Source: Phyllobacteriaceae bacterium
GTDB lineage: Bacteria; Pseudomonadota; Alphaproteobacteria; Rhizobiales; Rhizobiaceae
Reading direction: 5' to 3'
Length of the DNA: 64,000 nt
NCBI GenBank assembly: GCA_031422915.1
Contig: JANPEK010000135.1
Span: 5,895-69,894, forward strand
In this document: piece by piece, positions 63,980 to 64,000 of the stretch
How the letters are laid out: each line of letters starts with the position of its first letter
Numbering within the stretch: the stretch's first letter is position 1
The notes under the pieces: model-generated
What the model was told of the DNA's origin: nothing
The model's input: only the letters and a program-made list of their open reading frames with translations
Databases searched by the model: none
Made by a program: the position numbers and the translations under genes

Positions 63980-64000
63980 CCGTCCACTTCGAGAGCGCCT

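Noticed and set aside
1-64000. CRISPR arrays, tRNA/rRNA genes, riboswitch-like leaders, and defence-system hallmarks (reverse transcriptase, cyclase, STAND or helicase-nuclease genes).
   Set aside because: No regularly spaced repeats, no cloverleaf-like or rRNA-like segments, and no large unexplained ORFs were seen. All long ORFs are accounted for by metabolic, transport, regulatory or IS genes.

Overview
Product names come from motif and family recall only; no searches or computations were run. This is an accessory, IS-scarred stretch of a repABC-type replicon (plasmid or chromid) from a high-GC alphaproteobacterium, probably Rhizobiales. The left edge holds the 5' end of repA (minus strand) and its upstream control region.

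The rest is a mosaic of self-contained transport/catabolism modules, each with its own regulator, separated by insertion-sequence debris and decayed genes:
1. 3.9-7.2 kb: LysR regulator, APC permease, DUF1349 protein.
2. 11.6-27.2 kb: a tightly packed, uncharacterised catabolic module. It holds a tandem SnoaL/NTF2 protein, a CUT1 sugar-type ABC importer, a LacI regulator, a small ORF plus an amidase, two histidinol-dehydrogenase-family paralogs, an SDR, a bicupin, a MetE-like protein, an alpha/beta hydrolase and an HpcH aldolase. One 16-bp LacI-type palindrome recurs at three of its promoters.
3. 27.4-35.4 kb: LysR regulator, class-III aminotransferase, PotABCD-like importer, MFS transporter.
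4. 36.8-45.3 kb: fused dihydroxyacetone kinase, an ABC importer with two ATPases and a 62-aa membrane peptide, and a LacI regulator.
5. 46.4-48.1 kb: a hipBA toxin-antitoxin cassette with three palindromic sites upstream.
6. 49.7-51.3 kb: a decayed PTS-EI / dhaK operon.
7. 51.3-60.1 kb: an inositol-type cluster (iolD, iolC, iolB, class II aldolase, two Gfo/Idh/MocA oxidoreductases, a TIM-barrel isomerase/dehydratase, LacI).
8. 60.2-64 kb: a visibly AT-richer module with a tail-less SSB, a Cys-rich secreted protein, XRE-type regulators and an SNase-like protein that lacks the canonical catalytic motif.

Mobile-element content: one structurally complete IS3-family copy whose orfB sits in the wrong frame, one IS481 copy and one IS5 copy each broken by in-frame stop codons, and remnants of ISL3, IS3, IS630 (two kinds), an IS5/IS427-like element and an orphan multi-repeat transposon end. 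No rRNA, tRNA or CRISPR array was recognised.

The best candidate for something undescribed is module 2 with its shared operator.
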